Below are positions 13,415 through 23,356 of a DNA stretch of 64,000 bases, piece by piece. The translations under genes were made by a program, and so were the position numbers. Numbering within the stretch: the stretch's first letter is position 1; each line of letters starts with the position of its first letter. Origin of the DNA: an uncultured Thermoplasmata archaeon (GTDB lineage: Archaea > Thermoplasmatota > Thermoplasmata > UBA10834); contig CAVRDX010000001.1 of assembly GCA_963719945.1 (NCBI GenBank), positions 256,001 to 320,000 of the forward strand, read 5' to 3'. The notes beneath the pieces were generated by a model. That model was not told the origin of the DNA and ran no database searches. It was given only the letters and a program-made list of their open reading frames with translations.

Positions 13415-14362
13415 ATGGCAAGCGAGACCGAGCCACGCAAGCCCAGAGACCCGTTGGGCATGGTTTTGGCCGTACTGATAGCGCTCATCGTCGTGTCTAT
13501 CGGTCTGATTGGATATGTCATATACGACAACTCCCAGGCTGCAGATTCAGGGACCGTCTACCTAGCGGAGTCTGGGGACACGGTCTATCTCGACTACATA
13601 GGCATGTTCGAAGACGGAAGGGTCTTCGACACGAGCCTCTACTATGTAGCCTCGAACGACACGAGCTATCCGAAATCGCTCACATTCTCTCCCAGGGAAG
13701 AATCGTCGTATTCCGCCTTTGAGATGACCGCTGGTCTCTATGGCGCGTCCGGCGGAACCATCAAGGGATTCGCCCTAGGGGTCATAGGTTTGAAGACTCA
13801 CGATGTCAAAACCATTGTGATCGCCCCCGAGGACGCCTATGCGGTCAACGCCGGTATGATCACAAACATCAGCCTTTATCAGGAAATACCGATTGTGGAG
13901 ACGATGCCCGAAACTGATTTCACTTCTCTCTTCGGCACTCCCGCGGTCCCGTTCAACTATGTGACTCACTTTGAATGGGGTTGGGATGTCCAGGTCCTGT
14001 CGAATGAATTCGGCATAGTGACCTACAAGCATGTCCCTAGCGTTGGTCAGGTGGCATATCCTTTCGGGGACCCTGAGGACGAATACACCCCCTCTGGATG
14101 GGCATGCACGGTTGTGTCCTACGATCCTGCTGCTGATGATGGCATTGGGACGATAACGGTCCACCACGACATCACGGAGTCGGATGTGTACGACGTCAAG
14201 GGCGTGACATATGATGAATCGGTATTCATCGTGTCAGGCTACAATGAGAGTGCAGGCACATTCCAGATCCATTGGAGCAACAGCGAGATCGGATACAACG
14301 GGGAGATAGCTGGAAGAGCGCTTATCTTCGAGGTATACATCCGAGGTGTAGTGAAGGCCTAG
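13415..14362 (+). CDS. Membrane-anchored FKBP-type peptidyl-prolyl isomerase with large insert
   Basis: N-terminal TM; GDTVYLDYIG.FEDGRVFDTS, IKGF..GVIGL, IAPEDAY, final strand IAGRALIFEVYI after a ~155-aa insert. Confidence 0.8.
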   Translation: MASETEPRKPRDPLGMVLAVLIALIVVSIGLIGYVIYDNSQAADSGTVYLAESGDTVYLDYIGMFEDGRVFDTSLYYVASNDTSYPKSLTFSPREESSYSAFEMTAGLYGASGGTIKGFALGVIGLKTHDVKTIVIAPEDAYAVNAGMITNISLYQEIPIVETMPETDFTSLFGTPAVPFNYVTHFEWGWDVQVLSNEFGIVTYKHVPSVGQVAYPFGDPEDEYTPSGWACTVVSYDPAADDGIGTITVHHDITESDVYDVKGVTYDESVFIVSGYNESAGTFQIHWSNSEIGYNGEIAGRALIFEVYIRGVVKA

Positions 14363-15270
14363 TCCTTCCCTGACCCTGCTTTCTCTGGATCGACATGTCC
14401 CTCTCTGATCAATCTTGCCGAAAGCTTTCTGAACTGCCTATCCACGGCGAGCTGCACCTTCTCGTTCCCCGATATCAGAGTCGCACCCACGGCCAATAGG
14501 AAACCTGCAAACACATCCGCGAGCCAGTGGACCCCGAGAAATAGGACTGTGAAGGTGATTCCTACGACCGATAATCCGACGAAATAGACGTACGCCTTCT
14601 TTCTCCAGTCGACGATGCTTCCTTTGAGGCCTGCTGAGCTCAGGACAAGCAACGTGGTCATCACGATGCTGACGTGTCCGCTCGGGAAATCATTGTTGAG
14701 TGGGTCGACGCTCGTCACCATCCTCCCCCAGTTGGTGTTGATATAGAGCAAGGGTGTCAGACCGGAGTCCGCATAGAACCCTGTCACGGTGACCGGGAAT
14801 AAGAGGTAGAATGGCAACAGCACGGCGTAGTTGAACATCATCGCAACGGAATATCGTCTTACCAGATCCATCTCGCGCACGGTCATCAGGATGATCGGTG
14901 TGAAGTAGAGTATGAATGTGAATATCCAGACGTAGACCAGTATTGACATGTCCACGATGATCTGGTAATCGAGACGGTCCTGGAGTATCCGGATCGCGTT
15001 CCCACTTATGCTGAAGATCCAGTTTGTATAGAGGACCTCTTTGGAGACTTCCTCCGCGCTCCGGATGGCGCTCTCGACGAGGGTTATGAGCGGGAGCATG
15101 ATGAGCATTAGAACATACGCCAGGTTGTACTTCAGGGCCTGAAGCGTCTTGTGCATCATGATGTTCTTCCAGCCAACCAGTAGCAGCACGCCAGCTACGA
15201 CCCCCACGATCATAGAAACGACATATAGCAGTAGGAAGACAGGGTACGACAGCGGCATATGTCCCGTCAT
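14359..15270 (-). CDS. PAP2-superfamily membrane protein (AUR1/IPC-synthase-like)
   Basis: Multi-TM; YLLFPV, NDFPSGH, LGVHWLADV. Confidence 0.8.
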   Translation of the reverse strand: MTGHMPLSYPVFLLLYVVSMIVGVVAGVLLLVGWKNIMMHKTLQALKYNLAYVLMLIMLPLITLVESAIRSAEEVSKEVLYTNWIFSISGNAIRILQDRLDYQIIVDMSILVYVWIFTFILYFTPIILMTVREMDLVRRYSVAMMFNYAVLLPFYLLFPVTVTGFYADSGLTPLLYINTNWGRMVTSVDPLNNDFPSGHVSIVMTTLLVLSSAGLKGSIVDWRKKAYVYFVGLSVVGITFTVLFLGVHWLADVFAGFLLAVGATLISGNEKVQLAVDRQFRKLSARLIREGHVDPEKAGSGKD

Positions 15271-15325
15271 TACATCTGAACTGGCATAGAAAAAGGTTCC
15301 CAGAGCATGGCGTTTGCAGGCTCTC

Positions 15326-16483
15326 TCAGAACCATCTGTTCTCCAGGTCGTTCTTCATTACCTCAGCAGCCAGAGCGTAAGTCTTCTCAAGCTTGGCAGT
15401 GCACGAGTCGATGGAGAAATCCCTTGCAGTCGCCACCGCTTCCATCTTCATGGAGTTTGCCTTGGACAGACATCTCCTGATCGCATCGGTGCAGAATGGC
15501 TCGTCGAAGAGGCAGCCGTTCTTGCCTTCCTTCACGAACTCCGGTATCGCCCTGCTCCTTATCCCCGCGACTGGCGTGCCGGACGCCATCGCCTCGAGGA
15601 CCACCAACCCTTGGGTCTCGAAGGTTGAGGCCAAGGCGAGCATGTCGCAGCTCGCATACGCTGTTGGCAGGTCGTCGTCTGGCAGGAACCCTGTGAAGAC
15701 GACTCGGTCCTTGATTCCGAGGGATTCGGCAAGTCGTTGATAATGATTCGAAGCCGGACCCTTCCCAACGACCAGCAACCGCAGATCAGGTTCATCCTTT
15801 CTAAGGTCGGCTATCGCATTCAGTACGATATCCAGCCGCTTCTCGAATGATAGCCTGCCAACATGCAGGATGACCCGATTCCCGTCGAGTCCCCATCTTT
15901 CTAGAAACCCTGGATCATGATTCTTCGGCGTGAACCGTTGTATGTCGATGCCTGTAGGGACCACCTCGCAGGCCTTCATCTTGATTCTGTTCTCGATCAA
16001 CTCGTCTTTTATGGGAGCAGAAGGTGCTATGACGACCTCCGGTCGCCTCAGGAGGTTCCGGAGATATATCCAGACCATTGGCACCATCATATCTTCTCTC
16101 AAGGGGACGAACGAATAGTACTTCACCGCCTCATTTGCCATCGTATGGAACGTCAGCACATGTGGTATGTTCATCGCTCTGGCAACGGTGAGGCTCAGGA
16201 TCGCCATCGATGCCAGGCCATGGCAGTGGAGCACGTCGACCTTCTCCTTTCTGACGCATTCCATCATCCGCGGGGCTGCCCATACGATGCGATAATCCGT
16301 GTACGATCTGAATGCAACCGATGGAAAGTAATGGACTGGCCGCTCCATCTTCAACCTCTTCGGAGTGTCCGGAGCGAACATGACAACTTCATGTCCCCGG
16401 GCCTCGAGTCCTCTTGCCTGGGTCTCCATGGAGATGACAGCACCGTCGATGGTAGGATAGAATGAATCTGCGAACATGGCCAC
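15326..16483 (-). CDS. GT4 glycosyltransferase (monoglycosyl-lipid synthase-like)
   Basis: FADSFYPTIDG, HVLTFHT, VGRLSFEK, ETQGLVVLEAMASG (E-x7-E). Confidence 0.88.
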   Translation of the reverse strand: MAMFADSFYPTIDGAVISMETQARGLEARGHEVVMFAPDTPKRLKMERPVHYFPSVAFRSYTDYRIVWAAPRMMECVRKEKVDVLHCHGLASMAILSLTVARAMNIPHVLTFHTMANEAVKYYSFVPLREDMMVPMVWIYLRNLLRRPEVVIAPSAPIKDELIENRIKMKACEVVPTGIDIQRFTPKNHDPGFLERWGLDGNRVILHVGRLSFEKRLDIVLNAIADLRKDEPDLRLLVVGKGPASNHYQRLAESLGIKDRVVFTGFLPDDDLPTAYASCDMLALASTFETQGLVVLEAMASGTPVAGIRSRAIPEFVKEGKNGCLFDEPFCTDAIRRCLSKANSMKMEAVATARDFSIDSCTAKLEKTYALAAEVMKNDLENRWF

Positions 16484-16502
16484 CTTCAGCGAATCACCTC
16501 GT

Positions 16503-17819
16503 CTATCTGTTGGACGATATCTTCTTGAGTTTCAAGAGCAAATCCTCTGGGGATCTGCCGAGCAGTCTGATCATGGGTTCCTTGCCCATCCCACCCTTGT
16601 CATATATAACGTCCGGAACTCGGCCATATCTCTCGATGGCGTCGAGGACTCCCCATGTCATGGATGACACTCCTTTCGGTTCCTTGGCCCTATCGAACGA
16701 AGCCACCGATAGCTTGGCCTTCCTACAAGCGGAGACGTTCGCATCCGAATACTTGACATTCATGGCGCATCGGATCTCCGGGTTCCGTGACGATGTTGCG
16801 AGCACGATCCTTGCAACATGCTTGGACGCGCCGAACCGCGCACATCCGACCTTCTTCGCCCTCGTGCCGCATCTGACTATCCTTCCATCAAAGGCTGCGA
16901 CTTCCTCGGGCTCCAAGGCTCCCATCATACCATATCCCATGTTCGTTCCGACTTCCGGGATGAGGTCGGAGTCCATTATGTCCTCGAGAGCCTTTGAAGC
17001 AATCTCCAGGTCCTCGAGCACGGTCGCCTTCTGTGCCTCGGCCCTGAGTATGGAAAGGGGATTCGCGCAAGGTATGCCCGTGCCGACGGTCTCCCTGCTC
17101 AGTATTGCTTTGTATATCATCGATTTTGAGATCCTCACTGCCTCCTCGATCTCGTATCCATGTGCAAGGTTGCCTGCAATCAGTGATGCGAGTGTGCAGC
17201 CTGTTCCATGGACCTCAACGTCGATTCTCGGTGACGATAGCTTCAGAATCTCTCCATCCCATAGGAGGAAATCCGTCGCCTCCTTGGTCTTGAGATGCCC
17301 TCCCTTCAGCAGTACTGCATCTGGGCCGAACTCCAAGATCTCAGCGGCCGCTCGTTTAGCGCTCCTCTCGTCCTTCACCTTGATGCCTGTCATTCTCTCG
17401 GCTTCGAGGAGGTTTGGGGTCACAATGGTGCTCATTGGAATAAGTTTGGTGATGAGCATTTCCAGGAACCCTGATTCGTGTAGAGGACTGCCCGTCGTTG
17501 CGATCATTACTGGGTCGACGACGATGGGTGCTCGAACTCCTTTGAGGAGGGTAGCCACGGTCTTGACGGTTTCGCTGCTGAAAAGCATCCCTGTCTTCAC
17601 AGCGTCGAGCTTCACATCCTCAAGGACCGATCTGATCTGGCTAGCCACCTCCTGCTGAGGTATGGGGAATATCGAGGATACACCCTTGGTGTTCTGGGAA
17701 GTCACACAAGTCACGACTGTACATCCGTGGATCCCCAGGGCCTCGAACGCCTTAAGGTCGGCCTGGAGGCCTGCCCCTCCGACTGAATCGGAGCCAGCAA
17801 TAGTCAGAGCGTTGGCCAT
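16503..17819 (-). CDS. thiDN: Bifunctional HMP/HMP-P kinase and thiamine-phosphate synthase (ThiD-ThiN)
   Basis: [33 protein letters not shown]; ThiN part [27 protein letters not shown]. Confidence 0.93.
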   Translation of the reverse strand: MANALTIAGSDSVGGAGLQADLKAFEALGIHGCTVVTCVTSQNTKGVSSIFPIPQQEVASQIRSVLEDVKLDAVKTGMLFSSETVKTVATLLKGVRAPIVVDPVMIATTGSPLHESGFLEMLITKLIPMSTIVTPNLLEAERMTGIKVKDERSAKRAAAEILEFGPDAVLLKGGHLKTKEATDFLLWDGEILKLSSPRIDVEVHGTGCTLASLIAGNLAHGYEIEEAVRISKSMIYKAILSRETVGTGIPCANPLSILRAEAQKATVLEDLEIASKALEDIMDSDLIPEVGTNMGYGMMGALEPEEVAAFDGRIVRCGTRAKKVGCARFGASKHVARIVLATSSRNPEIRCAMNVKYSDANVSACRKAKLSVASFDRAKEPKGVSSMTWGVLDAIERYGRVPDVIYDKGGMGKEPMIRLLGRSPEDLLLKLKKISSNR

Positions 17820-17927
17820 CGAGGCTCCATGGATTCCTATTGATAAATCTCTTGTGTCCGATGGTGAACACGCTCGATGGACGCTACACTACGGTTATAT
17901 ATGCGGTAGCCAATCAGAACGGTTTGT

Positions 17928-18302
17928 ATGAAGGCTGAGTCCGGCCACATCGTGTTCAAGGAGAAGTTCAGGTGGAAATCCCTGAAAGGCTGTTTCGAGG
18001 AACTTCTCAAGACCTTTCTTGAGGAGACCGACCAGGTCCCCGACGACGATGAGATCGTCCAGATGTTCCTCCGCATCAATATGATGGACATCGAGATGAA
18101 TCGGAAGCCCGAGGGATTCAATCGGAGAGGGCGGATCAGGATGGTGTTTCCGAACACTCCTGACAGGAAGGAGTTCTATATCCGGTCGGATTCGAAGACC
18201 ACTGAGATCATCAGGATAACCGAGAAGCTCAGCAGGTTTTTGAAGAAGGCGGGAGTGCCTCACACGGTCGAATGGGATCAGCTCAAACATCTCCAAGCCT
18301 GA
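17928..18302 (+). CDS. Hypothetical protein
   Basis: 124-aa ORF with protein-like composition, preceded by TTATATAT box, fills the gap between thiDN and the next gene. Confidence 0.65.
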   Translation: MKAESGHIVFKEKFRWKSLKGCFEELLKTFLEETDQVPDDDEIVQMFLRINMMDIEMNRKPEGFNRRGRIRMVFPNTPDRKEFYIRSDSKTTEIIRITEKLSRFLKKAGVPHTVEWDQLKHLQA

Positions 18303-18342
18303 GATCGGTCGATACAATTGCATTGCGTGAGTCGTGTGATCC

Positions 18343-20349
18343 ATGGGACTCAAGGAGCGGGTTGACCAGACTGTTCGTGACAAGTCGTCTCTTGATGGCA
18401 TGAGGCATTCTTTTAGAACCATCGAGGCGAGGCAATCCACAAACAAGGCAAAGATACCTGACCTCGAGGGTCGCAAGGACCGGTTGCGCGCCGTGAAAGA
18501 GGGTTCTGTTGGCAATCAGGAGCTACTCATCGAGGCGATCTCTGTTCTTAGAGAGAACGGATTCAGGGTTCTTATGGTCAAGACCGCCGAGGCTGCTCTG
18601 AAGGCCATCCAACACGAGCTGCACGGTCACGAACTGGTTGTCAAATCGAAGTCAAACGTCACGAAGGAGCTACACCTGGCCGAACACCTTGCGAAATCGG
18701 GAGTCGAGGTGATCGAGACCGATCTTGGAGACAGGATCATCCAATTGGCCGGCTGCAAGGCTGCCCATCCCACCGGACCTGCCTGCCACATGACGCGGTC
18801 TGAGATCGCGCAGCTCTTTTCAAAGCATTTTGGACGGGAGATATCCGACGATCCAATGGAACTCACATCGATCATGCGCGACGAGATCGCGGAGTATCTG
18901 TCGAAGGCTAGAGCGGGGATAACGGGTGCGAACGCCATCACCGCGGCTGAAGGCGCGGTGGTGATCGTGCATAACGAGGGCAATGCGGCGAAGTGCGCTA
19001 TGCTCCCAGACAAGCATATCATCGTGACCACGCCTGAGAAGATAGTACCCACTCTTGAGGATGCCATGAACTCGGTCAGATTGCAGACTTATCTATCGAC
19101 CGGGAAGATAGTCAGTTCGTACATCAACGTCATCACTGGCCCCAGCTACACAGCCGACATCGAGAAGAAGCTATATCGCGGGATGCACGGGCCGAAGGAC
19201 GTCGTCATTGTGCTGGTCGATGATGGGAGATTGTCCGCCGCCGATAAGGAGCCGCAGTATTGCATCGGATGCGGCATGTGCCTCCTGCACTGTCCCGTGT
19301 ACAATGTAATGGGGCCGAGTTTTGGGAGTTCAGGGCACATGGGTGGTCAGGGAGTATATCTCTCGGGCTCGACGGGGAAGCTAGAAGACTCTCTTGATGG
19401 CGGTCTATTCCTCTGCACTTCATGCGGCGCATGCACCGAAGTATGCCCTTCTAGAATCGATACTAAAAAAGGGGTAGCTAATCTTAGATGTGCTGCAATA
19501 GACTCAAAAAAGGTGGATATATCCGAGCACAAGGAAGTGCTTGCAAGCCTCAGGAATTACGACAACCCTTGGAAGGTCCCGAGGGCACAGAAGTCCAAGT
19601 GGTCGAAAGGCCTCGGGCTGAAGCCAAAAGGCGATGTCCTGTTCTTCGCAGGTTGCTCAACATCCCTCCTCTTCCCTGAGACTGCTCAGAAGATGGTGGA
19701 GATACTGAGAGCTCTCGGGATAGAGCCTGCGTATATGGGCTCCAAGGAGAAATGTTGCGGATCAACTGCCAGGAAACTGGGTGCGTTCTCTATCGCGCGG
19801 GACAAGGCGGAGGCCTGCTTCCGAGATTTCAGTAATGCCGGGGCAAGGACGGTGGTCACGTCGTGTCCCGGATGCTCGTCTGCTCTGAATCATTATCCTG
19901 ACCTGATGGAAGAATACGGGGTCCAGGTCAGTCACATCTCTCAATTCCTCGATGGTAGGCTGTCGCAGGAATCGCTCTCCCCTGTGAGCCTCAAAGGCAA
20001 GGTGACATATCACGATCCTTGCGACCTTGGAAGGATACAGGGCGTCTATGACGAGCCCCGCCGTGTGCTGTCACAGGTCTTGGACGCACCTTTGGTCGAG
20101 ATGGAGCGATCTCGTAGGAACAGTTCTTGCTGTGGTTCTGGCGGCGGCGTCAAGAGCGGATTCCCCGCGCTCTCCGAAGCGATAGGCGCAGATCGGATCG
20201 AGATGGCCAAATCCGTGGGTGCAGAACTGATTGTGACTTCATGCCCGTGGTGCGTTCAGAGTCTGCGCGAATGTCAGAAATCCAGGGTCAAGGTCAAGGT
20301 GAGGGACCTGGTGGAAGTCGTCCACGAAGCGCTCATGCCCAGGGAATGA
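18343..20349 (+). CDS. LUD (LutB/LldF-like) plus 2[4Fe-4S] plus two CCG domains, fused oxidoreductase
   Basis: VKSKS, ETDLGDRIIQL, NEGN, ITGPSYTADIEK, HGPK; CIGCGMCLLHCP, CTSCGACTEVCP; FAGC, CCG, YHDPC, CCGSGGG, CPWC. Confidence 0.88.
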   Translation: MGLKERVDQTVRDKSSLDGMRHSFRTIEARQSTNKAKIPDLEGRKDRLRAVKEGSVGNQELLIEAISVLRENGFRVLMVKTAEAALKAIQHELHGHELVVKSKSNVTKELHLAEHLAKSGVEVIETDLGDRIIQLAGCKAAHPTGPACHMTRSEIAQLFSKHFGREISDDPMELTSIMRDEIAEYLSKARAGITGANAITAAEGAVVIVHNEGNAAKCAMLPDKHIIVTTPEKIVPTLEDAMNSVRLQTYLSTGKIVSSYINVITGPSYTADIEKKLYRGMHGPKDVVIVLVDDGRLSAADKEPQYCIGCGMCLLHCPVYNVMGPSFGSSGHMGGQGVYLSGSTGKLEDSLDGGLFLCTSCGACTEVCPSRIDTKKGVANLRCAAIDSKKVDISEHKEVLASLRNYDNPWKVPRAQKSKWSKGLGLKPKGDVLFFAGCSTSLLFPETAQKMVEILRALGIEPAYMGSKEKCCGSTARKLGAFSIARDKAEACFRDFSNAGARTVVTSCPGCSSALNHYPDLMEEYGVQVSHISQFLDGRLSQESLSPVSLKGKVTYHDPCDLGRIQGVYDEPRRVLSQVLDAPLVEMERSRRNSSCCGSGGGVKSGFPALSEAIGADRIEMAKSVGAELIVTSCPWCVQSLRECQKSRVKVKVRDLVEVVHEALMPRE

Positions 20350-20364
20350 TCGAGCCCGCCTGGA

Positions 20365-20931
20365 TCATTCGTGTCCTTCTAAGGCGAATTCTCCCAGCGT
20401 GTGATAGGTCGGTCCGCTAGGGCTGAGGATACTCTTCTTCAAGCGAATGCAATCGACCCTGTAGCTGCCATATTGAGTTGCGGCCTTCTCCCTGATCATG
20501 TCCTGAAGCCGACGAATGTCTCTGGAACTCCTCGTTCTGGCGATCGTGAGATGCGGTTTGAACCCTTTTTGATCTCGTTCGAATCCGAGTCCTCCAAGGG
20601 CGATGTCCAAGTGCTCAGCCATGACTGTGAGCAGGTTGCTATCGTGTACGCCTATCCAGACCACCCTGATGCTCGACACAGATGGGAACGCCCCCAATCC
20701 CGTCAATCTCATGGAGAATGGTGTGGTCTCCTTGGATATCTTGCCCATTCGCGAACATATCTCGTCGATGAGACCCTCATCCGTGTCTCCAAGGAATTTC
20801 AACGTGAGATGGAGTGATTCCTGTTTCACGATCTTCAAGTCCGCCCCTGAATGGCGCAGCTCACCCAGAAGCCCGACAAGGTCCTGGGTCGGCTCGATAT
20901 CGACTGAGATGAATGCCCTGATTCTCAACAA
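20365..20931 (-). CDS. thpR: RNA 2',3'-cyclic phosphodiesterase (2H phosphoesterase)
   Basis: RAFISV, HLTLKFLG and FKPHLTIAR motifs. Confidence 0.92.
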   Translation of the reverse strand: MLRIRAFISVDIEPTQDLVGLLGELRHSGADLKIVKQESLHLTLKFLGDTDEGLIDEICSRMGKISKETTPFSMRLTGLGAFPSVSSIRVVWIGVHDSNLLTVMAEHLDIALGGLGFERDQKGFKPHLTIARTRSSRDIRRLQDMIREKAATQYGSYRVDCIRLKKSILSPSGPTYHTLGEFALEGHE

Positions 20932-20994
20932 CTGAGGAAATGACTTCTCGACTAATAGTCCTTGCTTGTGAGCGGCTGCGATTCTCCTCTTTGG

Positions 20995-21765
20995 CTACCT
21001 CAGTCGTCTCCTGCGATGTCCCCTGTCCAGGTCGCGTATCTTGCCCCTGAGCAGGCTGAACCCCATGATGGCTATGATGAACGCTACAGAGAGACCGATC
21101 ATATATGCGAGGTCTCCGAGGGAACTCTCATACAGCGCTCCGAACGAGGCTGAGAAATTGAACGCGCTGTGCAGCCCAACCGCTCCAAGGTAATACGGCA
21201 GCCAGGACTTTCCAAGGATTCCGCTCTTCGCTATTCCGAAACCGAATAGCGCAGATGCAGTGGCGTGGAGAAGCGCCGAGGAGAGGCTTCTGACGATGGC
21301 TGTGGCGATCCATGCGCCAGCGCCATCGGATGCGTAGGCGCTGAACTCATAAAGGAGGTTCTCTGTCGCTGCAAACCCCAACCCTGCAGCTGCGCCGTAT
21401 ACGATCCCGTTCTCCAGTTCGGTCAACATCCTGCGGGACTTGGCTCTGAAGATTCCGACCGCCTTCGCCGCCTCCTCTACGAATGGCGCGATGACACATG
21501 CGAGGATTAGCAGGGGGATGCTCGGGTTCTCTCCGACGAATTCGTAAAACCTTTCTAGGTTCCTGTTGAAGAATGATGAAAGAACTATCTCCAATGCGAT
21601 CGCGATTATCACGGAGATCAGGGATCCATAGAAGAACACCTTGACGACCGAACCCCACGGTTCGCGTGAGTACTTCTCCGTATTCCTGACCCATACCAAA
21701 TACAGCAGGGATGGCACGAATGCGACAAGAATTATGGCTATAGCGAACAAGACCCAATCGTCCAA
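20995..21765 (-). CDS. PrsW family intramembrane glutamic protease
   Basis: REP, APFVEEAAK, GFAATENLLY, LLH, LHSAFN; multi-TM. Confidence 0.9.
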   Translation of the reverse strand: MDDWVLFAIAIILVAFVPSLLYLVWVRNTEKYSREPWGSVVKVFFYGSLISVIIAIALEIVLSSFFNRNLERFYEFVGENPSIPLLILACVIAPFVEEAAKAVGIFRAKSRRMLTELENGIVYGAAAGLGFAATENLLYEFSAYASDGAGAWIATAIVRSLSSALLHATASALFGFGIAKSGILGKSWLPYYLGAVGLHSAFNFSASFGALYESSLGDLAYMIGLSVAFIIAIMGFSLLRGKIRDLDRGHRRRRLR

Positions 21766-21914
21766 TACCGCACCATGTCTCGAAGGATTGCCATATTATA
21801 TCAAGATTGACCCAGGGTTGCCTTCGCGGCGAAATGATAGTGATTGAGAATGTCGGAGACAAGAATCAAAAATCCATAAATAGGAAGTATTTTGGAAGGG
21901 GTTTGAGGACTCGC

Positions 21915-22088
21915 TTAGTCCTCCATCTTGATTGCATTGTTAGGGCACTCGTCCACGCAGGCGCCACAGTCCAGGCACTTCTTCTCGTCCACGACTGCGA
22001 CATCCTCACAAGTGATCGCTCCCTCGGGGCAGACATCTACGCAAGCGCCACATGCAACGCATTCATCCTTTGTGATCTTAGCTGGCAT
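21915..22088 (-). CDS. 2[4Fe-4S] ferredoxin (57 aa)
   Basis: Below ORF-track cutoff: MPAKITKDECVACGACVDVCPEGAITCEDVAVVDEKKCLDCGACVDECPNNAIKMED; two CxxCxxCxxxCP; GGAGG SD. Confidence 0.95.
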   Translation of the reverse strand: MPAKITKDECVACGACVDVCPEGAITCEDVAVVDEKKCLDCGACVDECPNNAIKMED

Positions 22089-22130
22089 CTGACTAACCTC
22101 CGTTGGTATTTTTCGGCATTATCTGCCGCC

Positions 22131-22143
22131 ATATAAACTTTCT
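22131..22143 (-). promoter_or_regulatory. Archaeal BRE/TATA promoter of the ferredoxin gene
   Basis: Minus strand reads AGAAAG-TTTATAT ~45 nt upstream of the ATG. Confidence 0.6.
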
Positions 22144-22281
22144 TGACCGAAACTTATAATGTTAGATTTTTATTCGTCCCTAGAATCTAATTCTGGCAAG
22201 TCGTCATCGAGGCGAGGGCGGGAGTGGTTAGTTCTTCTCGACAAAGTATTTGTTTGGAATGACCCTTCGCTCATATAGAAG

Positions 22282-23355
22282 ATGACTGCAGATTTCATCG
22301 GAAGGTGGATTCTCACTAGTGAGGGTCTCGAGGAAGGATGTCTCGTCCTGGCCGGGGATGAGGTAGTCGATGTTCGCATAGGCAGAGCTCCGCTGGAATC
22401 GAGAAAGTCATTGATCGTTCCATGTTTCGTCAATGCGCATACCCACTTGGGTGATGCTTTCGCATACCCTTCCCCGAAAGGGTCGGTTGAGGAGATCGTC
22501 GGTCCTCCCGATGGCTACAAACACCGCAGATTGAGAGAAGCCGACCGTGACATCAAGGTCCGTGCAATGCAGGAATCCGCCAGATTGATGCTTTCCACTG
22601 GATCGTCTGTTTTCGCAGATTTCCGGGAAGAAGGGGCCGAGGGGGTATGCATGATTCGTGAGGCCATGACTGATTCGTTGCTCAATCCGATCATTCTGAG
22701 CCGCCCATTGAACATCGATGCAGGGGACGTTGAACTGAGGGAAATGCTCTCACTATGCGATGGATTTGGAATGAGTTCGATAAGGGATGTACCCTATGAT
22801 CTCCTTGAGCGTGCATCCAGACTCGCGAGGGCTTCGGGAAAGATATTCGCGTTGCACTCCAGCGAAACCGTGCGTGATGATATCGACAGAGTACTGGACC
22901 TGAAACCCAGATTCATCATCCATATGACCTCTGCTCTCGATTCGGACCTCGTGAGATGTTCCGAAGCGGGGGTTCCCATAGTGGTCTGCCCAAGGTCAAA
23001 TGAGTTCTTCGGCATGGATCCCCGCATACCAACCCTGTTGCGTCACGGGGTGGAGGTCTCGTTGGGGACTGATAACGCCATGATCGCTCCTCCTGATATG
23101 CTTCATGAACTGCAGGCTGCGTATCGGTTGAGCGGACGAGATGGCGGCATATCTCCTGAAACCGCGATACGTCTGGCGACATATTCTGGGCGCAAAGTAT
23201 TAAATGCGGAGCGCATCACTACGGAAATCAGTTGTAATGATGACCTTGCAGTCATCGATGTCACGGGCGATGAACCTTTGACTGAGGTGGCTACTGTTGC
23301 GAGGTCCGCGACCGTATCTGCTATCTCCCTGGGAGGAAGGCTGCGGAGGCCGTAA
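22282..23355 (+). CDS. Amidohydrolase-family metallohydrolase (deaminase-like)
   Basis: FVNAHTHLGD, DFREEG, LHSSE, IHMT, CPRSN, LGTDN. Confidence 0.85.
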   Translation: MTADFIGRWILTSEGLEEGCLVLAGDEVVDVRIGRAPLESRKSLIVPCFVNAHTHLGDAFAYPSPKGSVEEIVGPPDGYKHRRLREADRDIKVRAMQESARLMLSTGSSVFADFREEGAEGVCMIREAMTDSLLNPIILSRPLNIDAGDVELREMLSLCDGFGMSSIRDVPYDLLERASRLARASGKIFALHSSETVRDDIDRVLDLKPRFIIHMTSALDSDLVRCSEAGVPIVVCPRSNEFFGMDPRIPTLLRHGVEVSLGTDNAMIAPPDMLHELQAAYRLSGRDGGISPETAIRLATYSGRKVLNAERITTEISCNDDLAVIDVTGDEPLTEVATVARSATVSAISLGGRLRRP

Positions 23356-23356
23356 G

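Noticed and set aside
16462-17658. 398-aa + strand ORF, and similar long ORFs at 8521..9288, 7770..8510, 10764..11555 and 54588..55121
   Set aside because: Antisense shadows of well-supported genes (thiDN, coiled-coil protein, copA, permease); Ser-rich with no motifs
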